A stretch of DNA of 63,212 nucleotides, filler included, from Sphacelaria rigidula (lineage: Eukaryota): the NCBI GenBank assembly GCA_964200075.2. It is 8 parts of 8 records of this genome, joined end to end, with 100 filler letters (N's around TTAATTAATTAA, not from the genome) between each part and the next. Parts side by side here need not be neighbours in the genome. Positions count along the whole stretch, not along the records: positions 31,661 to 39,474 come from CAXNAA020013371.1; positions 39,575 to 47,387 come from CAXNAA020013372.1; positions 47,488 to 55,300 come from CAXNAA020013373.1; 5 more parts are not named here. The stretch is one strand, 5' to 3'. This document shows, in pieces, positions 38,701 through 49,547 of this stretch (positions are counted from its first letter, which is position 1; each line of letters opens with the position of its first letter). The translations under genes were made by a program, and so were the position numbers. The notes under the pieces were generated by a model. It had not been told where the DNA came from, searched no databases, and was given only the letters and a program-made list of their open reading frames with translations.

Positions 38701-41467
38701 GTTCGCGGGAGTATTCGTGACGGTGTGAGCTCTTGGCGTACCGACCGCGTCACTGCCGGGGATCCTTCTCTAACCCGTGGAGCAACGGAAAGCGAGGGTT
38801 TCCTGTGGTCATGGTCCACAGTGGAATAACTATGCTTGACTACAAAGGGGCCCGACGCCCTATGGACGTCTGGCCTAACATGTACCCGATGGTGAATAGC
38901 CGTAGGGGCAGCAACACTATACCGCGAGACAGCTCCTCTCTCGGCATGTGGGTACCTGCAGAGGACGTGGCCTCCCACCCTGATGGTTGGGGAGGAGTTA
39001 GCTGCTAACAGTTTGAAATATGAAGTGGGACACTAGAGTGATCAATTCCAATGATAGAACAACACAATTTTTCACCTGCGTTTGGTCTCGCGGGATCGTG
39101 CTTGAGTGGGACCCTTGACCCAGGACTGATCGGACCCGTTGTACCCACACCACAAGCCTGAGCTAGCGCCGGCCGACGTCCACTCGGTTTTGAGGCGTGG
39201 GGCCGCTGGCCGCGTATGAAGTGAGATCGCACCGTTTATAGTTTGGTGTGTGGTCGGAAGCCGAGGTTGGCTTGGTTACATTCGCGTGGAACGTTGGATC
39301 ACCCGAGGCTGAGGGGAAATTTCCTTCAGGCTGTGGACACTTTCTACGATAGCCCCCCAAGAAGTGAATGGTTTTGGGAAGCAAAATCTTCACGTAAATC
39401 GAAATGGGAAACGCCGAGCACAACAAGCAGCGGGGAATTTCCACATTTGGATTCGTTCTAGCCAATGTCGCCAANNNNNNNNNNNNNNNNNNNNNNNNNN
39501 NNNNNNNNNNNNNNNNNNTTAATTAATTAANNNNNNNNNNNNNNNNNNNNNNNNNNNNNNNNNNNNNNNNNNNNGATTTGAATCGGGCAAAAATGAACTT
39601 ATCTCCGACAGCAGGAGAAGCTATTCAAAAATATATATATGTACAGATTTTATACCAAAATAATTTGGAATTTTCGAAATTGGGAAGGCCTCCTCACAGG
39701 GTTGCTTGCAGTGTTTCGACAAAAACGCTATGCAAAATGCTATTACAGGTACTAGGGTTTGTAAATGCTACACAGGGGTTTTCACAAAGACTGTGGAGAA
39801 CCCTATGAAGCTCGTCCTACAGGGTGCAATTTGTCCACGTGTGCTACGATGGTTCAATGGAATAATTGCTTATGAAAACATTTCATTGGAGTATATCGTT
39901 TGGAATGCATGGGATATTTCATTAGACCAACGGGTTATATTGAATATTGAGGTAGAAACCGTGCCGCCATGGCTTGTTACGGCGGGATACTGAAGCGAAG
40001 GTACAAGGTCACGTAGCTTGCAGCAGATCTAGTGCAAAGGCTGACAAAACAAAAGCGTCAGCAAAATGCTGAATCCAGATGGACAACATGTGCTCCAGCT
40101 CCCTGGGGGTGGGTTCTTTCACTGCACATACGTGAAGCGCCGTTACACCACTACTGTTTTTTTTTCGCATCGTTCTAATCATATGATGCGGGGAAACACG
40201 ACTCGAACCTTGAATCTTGTCCCCGCACGTTTCTCATGCGCCGAGACAGGGTTTTGATACAGCACACAACATATTGTGGAGGAAAATGTATTGATAAACG
40301 GAAGACATGCCCGTATTCGAATTGAATCAAGCAACTGGTTGAAGGTGTTGCGGCGGCCTTCCTCACGGGAAAGAAACTGTAAGACCTTCCATCAACGTTT
40401 TGCATGAACTCGCCATTCGCGCGGCTTTGCGATACTGCCCGTGTCATGGACGTTTAGTTGTTGCGGTGTTGCTCGTGTTCACAGGGAAACGAGTGCACGG
40501 ATAATCTCGAGGAGATTACATCTTCCGAAGCGCAACGACTGGCCGTAACGTGTGTGCTCAACAACACTCTTTTTCTGCTTCAGGTACCTCAAAGATAAGA
40601 GTCATTTGCCGTGTCCGTACTGACGCTCACGTTGATTGTGGTCTTGAATTGTCCGGATGAACATCTCGTCCACTGTACAAATATAGAAGGTGTTTTTTGA
40701 ACAGAGAATTTACGCCATGCCGTGATCTCGAACACAGTGGATTCCATTCATTCACGGTCAAGAGCCTGGATCACGAAGGGTGTCTTATGCACACACTAGT
40801 GGTTTGATACTAGGAGTTGTGAGCAGGTAGGCGGACCGTCACGGTAGCTAGACACCAAGTAGCCGGCCTCCTTCGCCAGAAACCGGTATAATACAGCTAC
40901 GGTTGAGTCTGTTTCGAGTGGTGCTCTCGACGGCACACTCCCGCTTCCACAACAAACACAGTCGATGGCACCCTTACTCTCCGCTCCACCTTGGCCGTCC
41001 GTGTTCTATCTTCAAGAGCTGTTTTCCATAGCTTAGACTACACCTCGCGCAGAATGTCAAAATGGAGAAAAAATAGACTGTGGTTCTCTCAGCTCTGGAG
41101 TTGTTTCTGCGTGTGCTGTTGACGAACTTATTTTGCTTCGCCACTTATTTGCACTCGTTTATACTCGCATGTCTGTGAGCGCGCGGGCTCGCGCCGCCTC
41201 CCACACTCTTGAGGTGATGTTCACAGCCGAACTCGTGACTTGTTTCGACGCCATCTGCGTCTGCGTATGAATGGACTTGTTTTCACGTCGAGTGCTACCT
41301 TTCCCATCGAGAACATAGTGTGAAAATTGATCACTTCGGAACAACTGTATCCCCTGTTTCAGCATCACATCGAACGAGCTCCTGCACAGTGTAGCTGTTT
41401 ACTTCCCATGCACTTACGTTCTTGAGCGCGCCTCCCAACATCCCGTTTCTCTCTGCATGCGTCATAG

Positions 41468-41659
41468 CTCGGCGCACTCTTGGCACTATTCCTCAAGCCG
41501 CTCGTGGTGATCGGCTCGGTGCACAACCGCTCGGCGACGGTAGTATACAGACGGGTTTTTGTGCGCAACGTGGTGTGCACTGTGGTAATGATGCTTGTGT
41601 CGGTGCCTGTGACGATATATGGATACGCAGCGTTCCAGCCGACGACGAAGATACAGTTT
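41468..41659 (+). CDS. Putative exon of an uncharacterised multi-pass membrane protein
   Basis: TAG acceptor after a pyrimidine tract; donor TTT|GTGAGT; 192 nt open. LGALLALFLKPLVV...YRRVFVRNVVCTVVMMLVSVPVTIYGYAAF has two hydrophobic segments. Confidence 0.5.
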
Positions 41660-42134
41660 GTGAGTCCCTCCAGAGGTACCTTTTTGCAGTGTGGTACAAG
41701 CGAATAATGGTTACGAGCATACGGGTACAATATACTCAGTATCACTGGGAAACATGGGAATCTCTGGCGCAAGAGTGCGACACATTGAACATCGATATGG
41801 ACCAGGTGAAAAAGAGTGTCCGCAGAAGAGACCAGACTGTGAACCCCGACTGTAGCACAGATAAATACCCGTATCGAGACACGTCTCTTGTACCTTGATG
41901 GTGGACCCCATTACAAAAAACACGCTTGGGTAGTAGCGAGGACAGGGAGTGTGGTTGTAGCCCCATCTAGTGAGAGCCGATTGACCGACTCATTTTGCTA
42001 CTACAACCCTCGCCATTCGTAGCGCAATATTACACAGCGTCGTTTCAGCCCATGGTATCTTACCTTCAGAATGAATATATATGAGCGATGACGACAACAT
42101 GATGCGCCAATCCCTCACCCGCCAAACCTTGCAG

Positions 42135-42197
42135 GTTTACACCGGACTCCAAATATCTTACATGCTTCATCTGGTATTGACGCTGTATATCACTGAG
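42135..42197 (+). CDS. Putative next exon of the same membrane protein
   Basis: TTGCAG acceptor; donor GAG|GTGAGT; 63 nt, phase 0 to 0; VYTGLQISYMLHLVLTLYITE is hydrophobic. Confidence 0.4.
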
Positions 42198-42339
42198 GTG
42201 AGTGATAGGCTTACTAGTGGTACAGTTGTAGGCCGACCCATGAAATCTGAATCGAAGCTGGGTTGAAATTGGGGGTGTTCACGTGACGCTGTGAACCCAC
42301 ATCCTATGTCTTGCTCATGTAGGTTACACACGATGACAG

Positions 42340-42432
42340 TTTAAGCGCATGTTCGACATATTGGCGTGTGATCTCTTCAACGGCATCATTCATGCAACGG
42401 TTATGATTCCCGTTTTGCTGTCTACAATGAAG
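42340..42432 (+). CDS. Putative further exon of the same membrane protein
   Basis: CAG acceptor; donor AAG|GTAATT; 93 nt; FKRMFDILACDLFNGIIHATVMIPVLLSTMK. Confidence 0.3.
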
Positions 42433-42604
42433 GTAATTTCAGCAACACTTTGGCTCACTCGAACGTTGGTCATTGTTTCGTCAAATGAGGTCATGTTGTT
42501 GTTGTCCATTCTGTTGTTTTTGATGTTGAGAAGGTATTACAGACACGTCGACGTCCGCTCACCGTTATAACGTTTCATGTGATCGACGCTTGTTTCGTGG
42601 GGAC

Positions 42605-42754
42605 TGTGACGAAATCACGCCATTACGTTGACTTCATAGTGACTACTGAGTAATGATAATGTTGTAAAGGCGGACAACTGGAACTGAGACCAGTAAGACT
42701 GGGGAGTCCCTCAATAGTAGTGATCTAGCAGTGCTCCCACTGGCTGGCGTCAAA
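42605..42754 (+). repeat. 5' LTR
   Basis: TGTGACG...GCGTCAAA. 23 mismatches in 150 bp against the 3' LTR, no indels (hand count). Confidence 0.93.
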
Positions 42755-43071
42755 ATATCGATATTGATGCTAGTGCTAGTGTTAGTGTTAGTGCTAGTGC
42801 TAGAAACCTGCTGAAAAGGATTCCGGTAGGAGTCTGGTAGCTGTGGAAACCCGATACACCGCGGACGCGTGGAGAGGGTTCCAGCTGCGGCAGCTGCAGA
42901 AAGGCGGCTGGCCTGTGATTGATCCAGACTAGAGACTTGCTGAATCTGCGTGCAGTGGGAGTTTGGAGGTTCCTACGACGGTGTGGTGCGGCGACGAAGC
43001 AAGGAAAGTGCAATTCGCGAAGGTCCGTTGGCCTGCAGAGGTCTCGCAGGTAGCCGGCTACAGCTACAGCT

Positions 43072-45102
43072 ATGGCTACCGGCTCACGAGGTATGCCCAC
43101 CATGACACCCGTAGTCATGCGGGAAGAGTTGCACCCTCCCCAATACGGGGACAGGTACTCACAGAGTGCATCTCGCACTCTTTGCACGAGGTATTTAAAA
43201 TACAAGAAGCGTGTGGAGCACGCTAATGCAGGGGGTGCTGTGCGTCATCAGGTGGTGCCAATGGCTCAACAAGTGCCAACGTATGTGCAGAGAGGTTTCA
43301 CTCGTTTGGAGCATGAAACGATCACGACCACCCCGCCGCAGTTGGTTGCGGCGACCAAAAAGCATGCTGGGCATGCGGCGGGCACTTGCCACTGTAGTGG
43401 CCAGGTCGGTCATTACGCGCGCGATTGCCCAACGTCTTCCGGTGGAGAGTCTAGGCAATCTCATGCTGCGCGCCATCAGTATCATCAGCACAAGGGCAAA
43501 AGACGAGGTAATCGTGGTGGCGGCGGCGGATACTCCGGCGGTGGAGGGTCGCAGTCGAGACCTCGGCAGGAACAGCAGGGGCAGCGGCGTCAGCATGGGC
43601 CTGGTTATGGGTCCGGCGCCGCCGCAGGTGCTGCTGCCCCGCAACGGGGGGCGCAGGTGGGACCGACTTATACAGTGTCGTACACTGCGCCGGCGCCGGT
43701 GGTGGCGCCGGCGGCGACATCGGCAGCAGCGCCAGGCGCGACGCGTGCTGACGCGCTGGCCGGAGGTTCGCCAAATTCTCGGTCTGCTGGCTTGGGGTCA
43801 TACCCGCCGGCGGTGCCGTTTGAACCTGCCGGGCCGTCTTCGCCTGCGCAGCTTGCGCAGCCGTGGCGTCAAGTGGGATTAACGTCGCATCGGTCGGCCA
43901 ATGAATTGCCAGTGGAGTTTGCGGACAGGTACATTCCTGCGAAGCTGTGTCTCCCAAATCAACGGCAGCGTGGAGTCGTTGCGATTCAGGCTAAGTGGGA
44001 TTCTGGCACCCACTGGACGGGTCATGTGAGTCTATCGGTACAGATTGTAGAGATGTTGGAGCGTCTTTTACCGGGTGTGCCGCTGAGCATTCCGTTTTCG
44101 TTCGGGGCGCGGCAGGCCGTCACCGCGTTGGGTCAGCATGTTCACGTCACAGAGCGTGCTGTTCCGCTGCAACTGATTTTCACGATTTCCTGGAGGCCGG
44201 CGCAGTTGCCTCCGATCTCGTTTGCGATCATGCCGGGGTCGGATGGCGTTATTTTTCTGGGGTTGCCGATGCTTCAGGATATTGGAGTCAACGCTCCGCG
44301 ATCGTGGGACTCCATCAAGACGCGGATGTCTCCGCCTGGTCCACGCTTGGAGACGCCCGCCGTTTTGGGCAGTCATCGCGTGAGCTTGTTGGTGGATGCT
44401 TTTCAGGAGGCTGGAGGGCAGGTGACCGTAGAGCGGGATGCGGCGGTGGAACGCTTAGTAGAGCGCGGCCCGGATGTATTCATGGACCCAGCAGAAGAGG
44501 AGTCCGCTCCGAAGGTCGCGCTGGAGGAGAGCGTGACGGATGCTGTGACGAAAGGCCTCATCGTCCCCCAAGCGGAAAGCCTACGCGGCATCTTGCATCG
44601 CCGCGTCAACGCGTTTCGTCGTGCGCTGCGGGGTGATCCCCCTGCGCGCGTGGATCCCATGGGTGTTCAGCCAAAACCTGGGGCACCCGCGGTGAAAGCG
44701 AAGCCGCGGCGGTACGATCCGGTGAAGTCGAGCTGGTTGGCGTCGTGCTTGGCGGCTCTTCTGGCGCTCGGGTTGGTGTTACGGATTTCACAGGCGGGGT
44801 GGTCCAGTCCAGATATGGCGTTTCCGAAGAAGCTTGCATCGTGGACGGAGTGCAGGCTGCAGGCGTGGGCGGCAGCGAAGGATTTGTTGGCTCATGCCGT
44901 CACGCTTTTCCATCCTCGTCCGGATGCATCTGAGTGCCATTGGGATAGTGTGGCCATGCAGGTGCCTGCAGTTGAAATTGAATTGCCTGTGCGCGCTGTG
45001 GCTGTGTATGGTGCGTGTGAACCTGATGAGTCGATGCCGTCCAAATCTGTTGTCCGCCAAGCGCAACGAAAAGATTTTGGGGCCGAAGATGCGGATGTGT
45101 AA
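43072..45102 (+). CDS. Truncated Gag-Pol ORF (676 aa)
   Basis: Zinc knuckle CHCSGQVGHYARDC, aspartic protease WDSGT, RT start (WSSPDMAFPKK) joined directly to the connection/RNase H start (WTECRLQAWAAAKDLLAHAVTLFHPRPDAS). No YxDD motif. Confidence 0.85.
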   Translation: MATGSRGMPTMTPVVMREELHPPQYGDRYSQSASRTLCTRYLKYKKRVEHANAGGAVRHQVVPMAQQVPTYVQRGFTRLEHETITTTPPQLVAATKKHAGHAAGTCHCSGQVGHYARDCPTSSGGESRQSHAARHQYHQHKGKRRGNRGGGGGYSGGGGSQSRPRQEQQGQRRQHGPGYGSGAAAGAAAPQRGAQVGPTYTVSYTAPAPVVAPAATSAAAPGATRADALAGGSPNSRSAGLGSYPPAVPFEPAGPSSPAQLAQPWRQVGLTSHRSANELPVEFADRYIPAKLCLPNQRQRGVVAIQAKWDSGTHWTGHVSLSVQIVEMLERLLPGVPLSIPFSFGARQAVTALGQHVHVTERAVPLQLIFTISWRPAQLPPISFAIMPGSDGVIFLGLPMLQDIGVNAPRSWDSIKTRMSPPGPRLETPAVLGSHRVSLLVDAFQEAGGQVTVERDAAVERLVERGPDVFMDPAEEESAPKVALEESVTDAVTKGLIVPQAESLRGILHRRVNAFRRALRGDPPARVDPMGVQPKPGAPAVKAKPRRYDPVKSSWLASCLAALLALGLVLRISQAGWSSPDMAFPKKLASWTECRLQAWAAAKDLLAHAVTLFHPRPDASECHWDSVAMQVPAVEIELPVRAVAVYGACEPDESMPSKSVVRQAQRKDFGAEDADV

Positions 45103-45132
45103 TTTGTCGAGTCGGACGTTGGTACTGCTATC

Positions 45133-46198
45133 TTGGACAATGGAGGTCTGTTTCTTGTGGATATGCATGGCCGAAACGCTTCGTGGATTCCGAGTTCTGA
45201 CAAGCAGTCGCAGGTACGTCTGATTATTTGCGCGCACATGCGCGACGCCGGGCATCGTGGTGTGGCTGCGACGCTCGTGCGCTTGAAAGAGTTTTGGGTC
45301 TGGCAGGGGACAGAAACTCATGTGCGCGAATTTGTCCGCCAGTGTCTTCACTGTGCTGACTCAAGGGCGGGATAAGTTATTCCCCGCCCGCTCGGCGAAA
45401 CGGTCGATGGGACCACGCGGAATGAAGTCGTCTATTTTGGCTCCTTGTACGTAGGCGAGAGTAGCCCGCTAGATCCCCAAGGTTTGTCGGAGGATGGATG
45501 CTGGCCTTCGATACATTTTGCTAACCATGGAATATTTGAGCAACTTTGTGGCTCTGAAACCAGTAGTAGTGTGTACTGCTGAATCGACTGCTGCATCTTT
45601 GCTGAATTGGTGCAAAACGTTGGGGGTGCCGCGTGTGTGGGTGAGTGATACCGCCATGCATTTCACAGATGCGATCTTGGCACGATTGCGAGAGGCTTTG
45701 CGCGTTGATCACCAGTTTGCGGTAGCGTATTCTCCGTGGTCTAACGGTATGTGCGAACGCATGATCAAGGAAGTAGTTCGTGCTCTTCGCTCTATTTTTC
45801 TCGAGCAGCGTAGAGCGGTTTCCGAGTGGGTGGACGTGTTGCCGGCGGTGCAATGGGCGCTGAACACAGTGTACCGTGGTCGTTACAATAGTACGCCGTA
45901 CCACGTGATGGTTGGTCGTGCCCTTCGGACGTCTTTCTCGGTGCTGGCGTCTTCGTCGGTGGGGGAATGGAAGTGCGATGTTTTGGACGATGTTCAAATC
46001 AAGAGTGCATTGCAAGAATTCTTGGACTTGCAAGAACGTTTCCAGGTTCAAGTGCAAGAAAATGTTGCCGCTGAACGTGCGCGTAGATGTGAGGGGTCCT
46101 CGTCGGGGCTGGAATTGCCGAATTTTGAGGTAGGTGGCTACGTCTTGCATGCACGCGTGCGTCGTCCGGGTGTTACGCCCAACGTGATGGCGACTTGA
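45133..46198 (+). pseudogene. Disrupted gypsy integrase
   Basis: HHCC finger AHMRDAGHRG...RQCLHC. Core GVPRVWVSDTAMHF...YSPWSNGMCER...VQWALN. TAA at 45373-45375, a frameshift before 45494, TGA at 46196-46198. Confidence 0.9.
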
Positions 46199-46668
46199 AC
46201 TGGTCTATGGAGAGTGGGTGGTGCTCACCACCCGCACGTGTTTAAGATTCAGAACATTGTTTCGGGTCGTGTTCACACCGCCCATGTAGCTCGTTTGCGT
46301 TTTGCGCAGACTCGCGGCCTAATGTTACGGCTGACGTTAAGGACGCGTTCCAGCATGCTTTCAATCAGGGGCAATTTCAGATGGCTGGTTTTGTCCGAAT
46401 GGCAGAAGCAGGTGATCGTTTGTTAATCGTGTTGGTCGACTGTGTTGGTTTCGAAGTTTTAGGAGCGTACGTGGGAGCCTTTCAAGGATATTATTGAGGC
46501 CGCTCCGGAATTTCTGACGGAAGATTTGCGTAAATTGCGCGTGACTCCTGCCGTTGCTGCTCGCAGAACGAGTGAGTTTGGTATTCAATCGTGAGTCATT
46601 CATCGTTTTGGCGTTTTCTATGTGTCAAACTTGTTGATTTGTTTTCGTCCAACGCGCTTTGGGGGTGC

Positions 46669-46818
46669 TGTGACAAAATAACGCGGTTACGTTGAGTTGC
46701 TAGTGACTTCTGAATCATGAGAATGTTGTAAAGACTGAAAACTGAAACTGAGGCCAGTAAGACTGGGGAGTCCCTCAACAGCAGTGGTCCAGCAGTTCTT
46801 CCACTGGCTGGCGTCACA
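46669..46818 (+). repeat. 3' LTR
   Basis: TGTGACA...GCGTCACA, preceded by GGGGG and followed by the TSD GGAC. Confidence 0.93.
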
Positions 46819-48718
46819 GGACAAAAACTGGAGTCGGTGCAAAGATATGTGCGTGATATGCCGTTGAAACTCGTAGACTGAAATCCACAACTGTACTGAT
46901 AATACGCCAAACGTGCACAGCTACTGCGGCTTCGTACATAGTATTCGTTGGCTCACTTTTCGCTGGTGTTGTACGTAGTGATTGTCAAATATTGCTTGCA
47001 CACGATACCTGGGAATTCACATCTTCTGCACCGACGTACCAACCGTATGAAGATACTTAGGTTCATTTCTTCTGTCGAAGTGGCTCCCGGGCCGCATCAC
47101 CGAATAGGCATTCTCGTGATCCTTACCAAAGCGAAGCATGCTTTCTCTGTTGACCGCTGTCTGCGACTAACCGACAAACTAACCCGCAAAAGGTGAACTA
47201 TTTCCCATGCAACGGGCACCCCTGCTCGCGTCGTCACGTATGTGCCCTACCGCCCGCGAAGCAGATCACAATCCCTTTCGGCTGCAGGAGTTGCGCCAAG
47301 ACCTGCGGCGAAGCCTACAAACAACATGTTGTGCGAATTGAGGTTTAAGTTCGAGATGAGGCTCAAGCCCAAAACAGTGCTTTCCCCNNNNNNNNNNNNN
47401 NNNNNNNNNNNNNNNNNNNNNNNNNNNNNNNTTAATTAATTAANNNNNNNNNNNNNNNNNNNNNNNNNNNNNNNNNNNNNNNNNNNNCTGAACCCGAACA
47501 TCAGGCGCTGTATGGTCATTTTTTTCGTGACACTTCTAGCTGGTTTTAGGGGAGGCTATCGTAGAAAGTGTCGCACTACAGATGGTCATGATCCGCCAGA
47601 AAAGACCGCAGTACAGACCGGTGCCAGTTTGCTACCGCGTCGGCCGTCCAGTCGCTCAACATGTCTAAGTTTATGTATCTGCGCATGCATATACACATTC
47701 GCCTGTAGTGCGACACTGGTAGACCTAAAGAAATGTACATAAACAACGATTGTTACTCGATTTGACTTGGTTTCAGACTGAAGAAATTTCTGAGAAAAAA
47801 CATGATTTGAGGCAGGTGAGCAGTGGTGAGCAGTAGAACCAGGTCGTTCAGAACATGTTTTGGTCCAAAATCGGCTCAGAGGCGTCGATTTGAGCTCTCG
47901 AAAGGCGTCGATTCGAGTTCTCGTAACACACGCTGCTACGAAACTGCACCCCCGCCCTTGCCCGAGAGTTCTCGGTATACCTTGGTCGATGTTAGTGCTA
48001 GGGTTAGTGTTGGGGTCGGTGCCATCTCCATAGCACCAACCATTGTTTACGTACATTTCTTCAAGCCCCCTCGGTGGAATACTTGTGCAGGGGTGCATCC
48101 TTGTCACAAGGACATTCTTGCGCCGGTACTTCACACAGGTGCATCCTTTGTGGGAATTCTCTGTTACGGGTTGCATGACCACAGGGATTTGGTCACTCCC
48201 CTGCGCTTGTCGAGCACAGCTGACCGACAGTGAGGACGTTTGCCCACGTGTGTGCCTTGTTCAACTCGCCAACAGCTCATCGCACGGTCTTGGTTTTGCT
48301 GCTGACTAAGGCGAAGGCAACGTTCAATTGTTTTCAACTGCTTTGCTCTCATGTTCTTGTGATATTCGCTACACAACCGCTGCCTTCGTACTCCCGAATC
48401 ATCGAGAACGCAAAGAAATACCCCGACATGAACAGGCTTTTGTGGTTCGCGTCCTTGCTTGAAGTTTTCCATGATGAGGCTTTTGTGGTTCGGGATTGAC
48501 ACCCCGCAAAAAGAGCCAGTGTGGGCGACTTTCGATGACCAGAACACGCACCACAGGTATCAGATGACACCCACACCTGAAAGGTAATGTACCGCTGCAC
48601 CTTCTTCGAGCACTGCAACGACAGCGCGTGACAAGATGCCTTGCCGCCTGAGGAAACTCGGCAAAAGTGGTGAAAAAAAGTGAAATAATACATGTACATA
48701 TATAATATATGATATATA

Positions 48719-49015
48719 CACGGGTGGCCACTGGGGTCTGTAACCTGGCCATTTTGGGACCTTATCCACCTTTGGCAAGGTCCGCGGGTTGGGTAGACAA
48801 CTGAAAAGCATTCGCACAGCATGGATGGGCAGGATCGGAACAAAACATGTCCCAGTCTATAGGCGAGTGACTCCCCTGTAGACTGGAACATGCTTTGTTT
48901 CGAACCTGTCCATGCTGTGCGAATGCTCTTCAGTTGTCCACCTAATCCGCGGACCTTACCAAATGTGGATAATGTCCTAAAATTGCCAGGTTACAGACTG
49001 CAGTGGCCACCCGTG
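48719..49015. mobile_element. 297-bp fully palindromic MITE with TA TSD (Tc1/mariner, Stowaway-like)
   Basis: TA|CACGGGTGGCCACTG...CAGTGGCCACCCGTG|TA. The arms pair almost to the centre (GAGTGACTC near 48870). Confidence 0.9.
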
Positions 49016-49223
49016 TACTATAAAAGGATTTCTATTATCTATGGCAGCTGACCGTATCCGCCAACGCTTCGGCAAAAAACCAGGGGGCACACGGCTCGGT
49101 GCCCCCCCCCCCCCCCCCCCCCTTCCCCCCCCCCTCGAAAACTCGAATTTTCGATCTTGGGGCCTACGTGTCCCGAAAACAATTTTCGGCTGCCCCTTGG
49201 TTCATCCCCAATAAAAGATCCAT

Positions 49224-49547
49224 TGTCATGAGGAAGGAAGATAGAGAGGCGTTATTGGTTCCTACAGAGACAATTTTGGGGCAGGTTCAGGTTCACAGAT
49301 CATCTGATCTGTGCATGGGAATACTCCCATGGCTCTGGGGAAGGTTGGTGTGCAGACTGGTGTACCCTAGCCCCGAGAAGGTAAAACGCCTTCTCGGGCC
49401 GAGGTCAGATTGGATGTGTTGCACGTATTCCATGCACCCTCGTTCACTCTTGAGCTGGCCTCCGAGCCGGAACATCCTGCTCCTACTGCTTACCTTTGGT
49501 GAGAACAGTACGCTAGGCGAGCAAGAAAATAATAGCCGAGAATAACA
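49224..49547 (+). repeat. Candidate 5' LTR of the element carrying the 51670-55300 ORF
   Basis: TGTCAT...ATAACA short inverted termini, followed by a long T/C-rich leader. No partner LTR in the contig. Confidence 0.3.

Larger units (their letters stand above)
42605..46818 (+). mobile_element. Ty3/gypsy LTR retrotransposon, both LTRs present, internally deleted (4214 bp, non-autonomous)
   Basis: 150-bp LTRs at 42605-42754 and 46669-46818. 4-bp TSD GGAC at 42601-42604 and 46819-46822. Domain order Gag-protease-(RT/RNase H remnants)-integrase. G-run before the 3' LTR. Confidence 0.95.
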
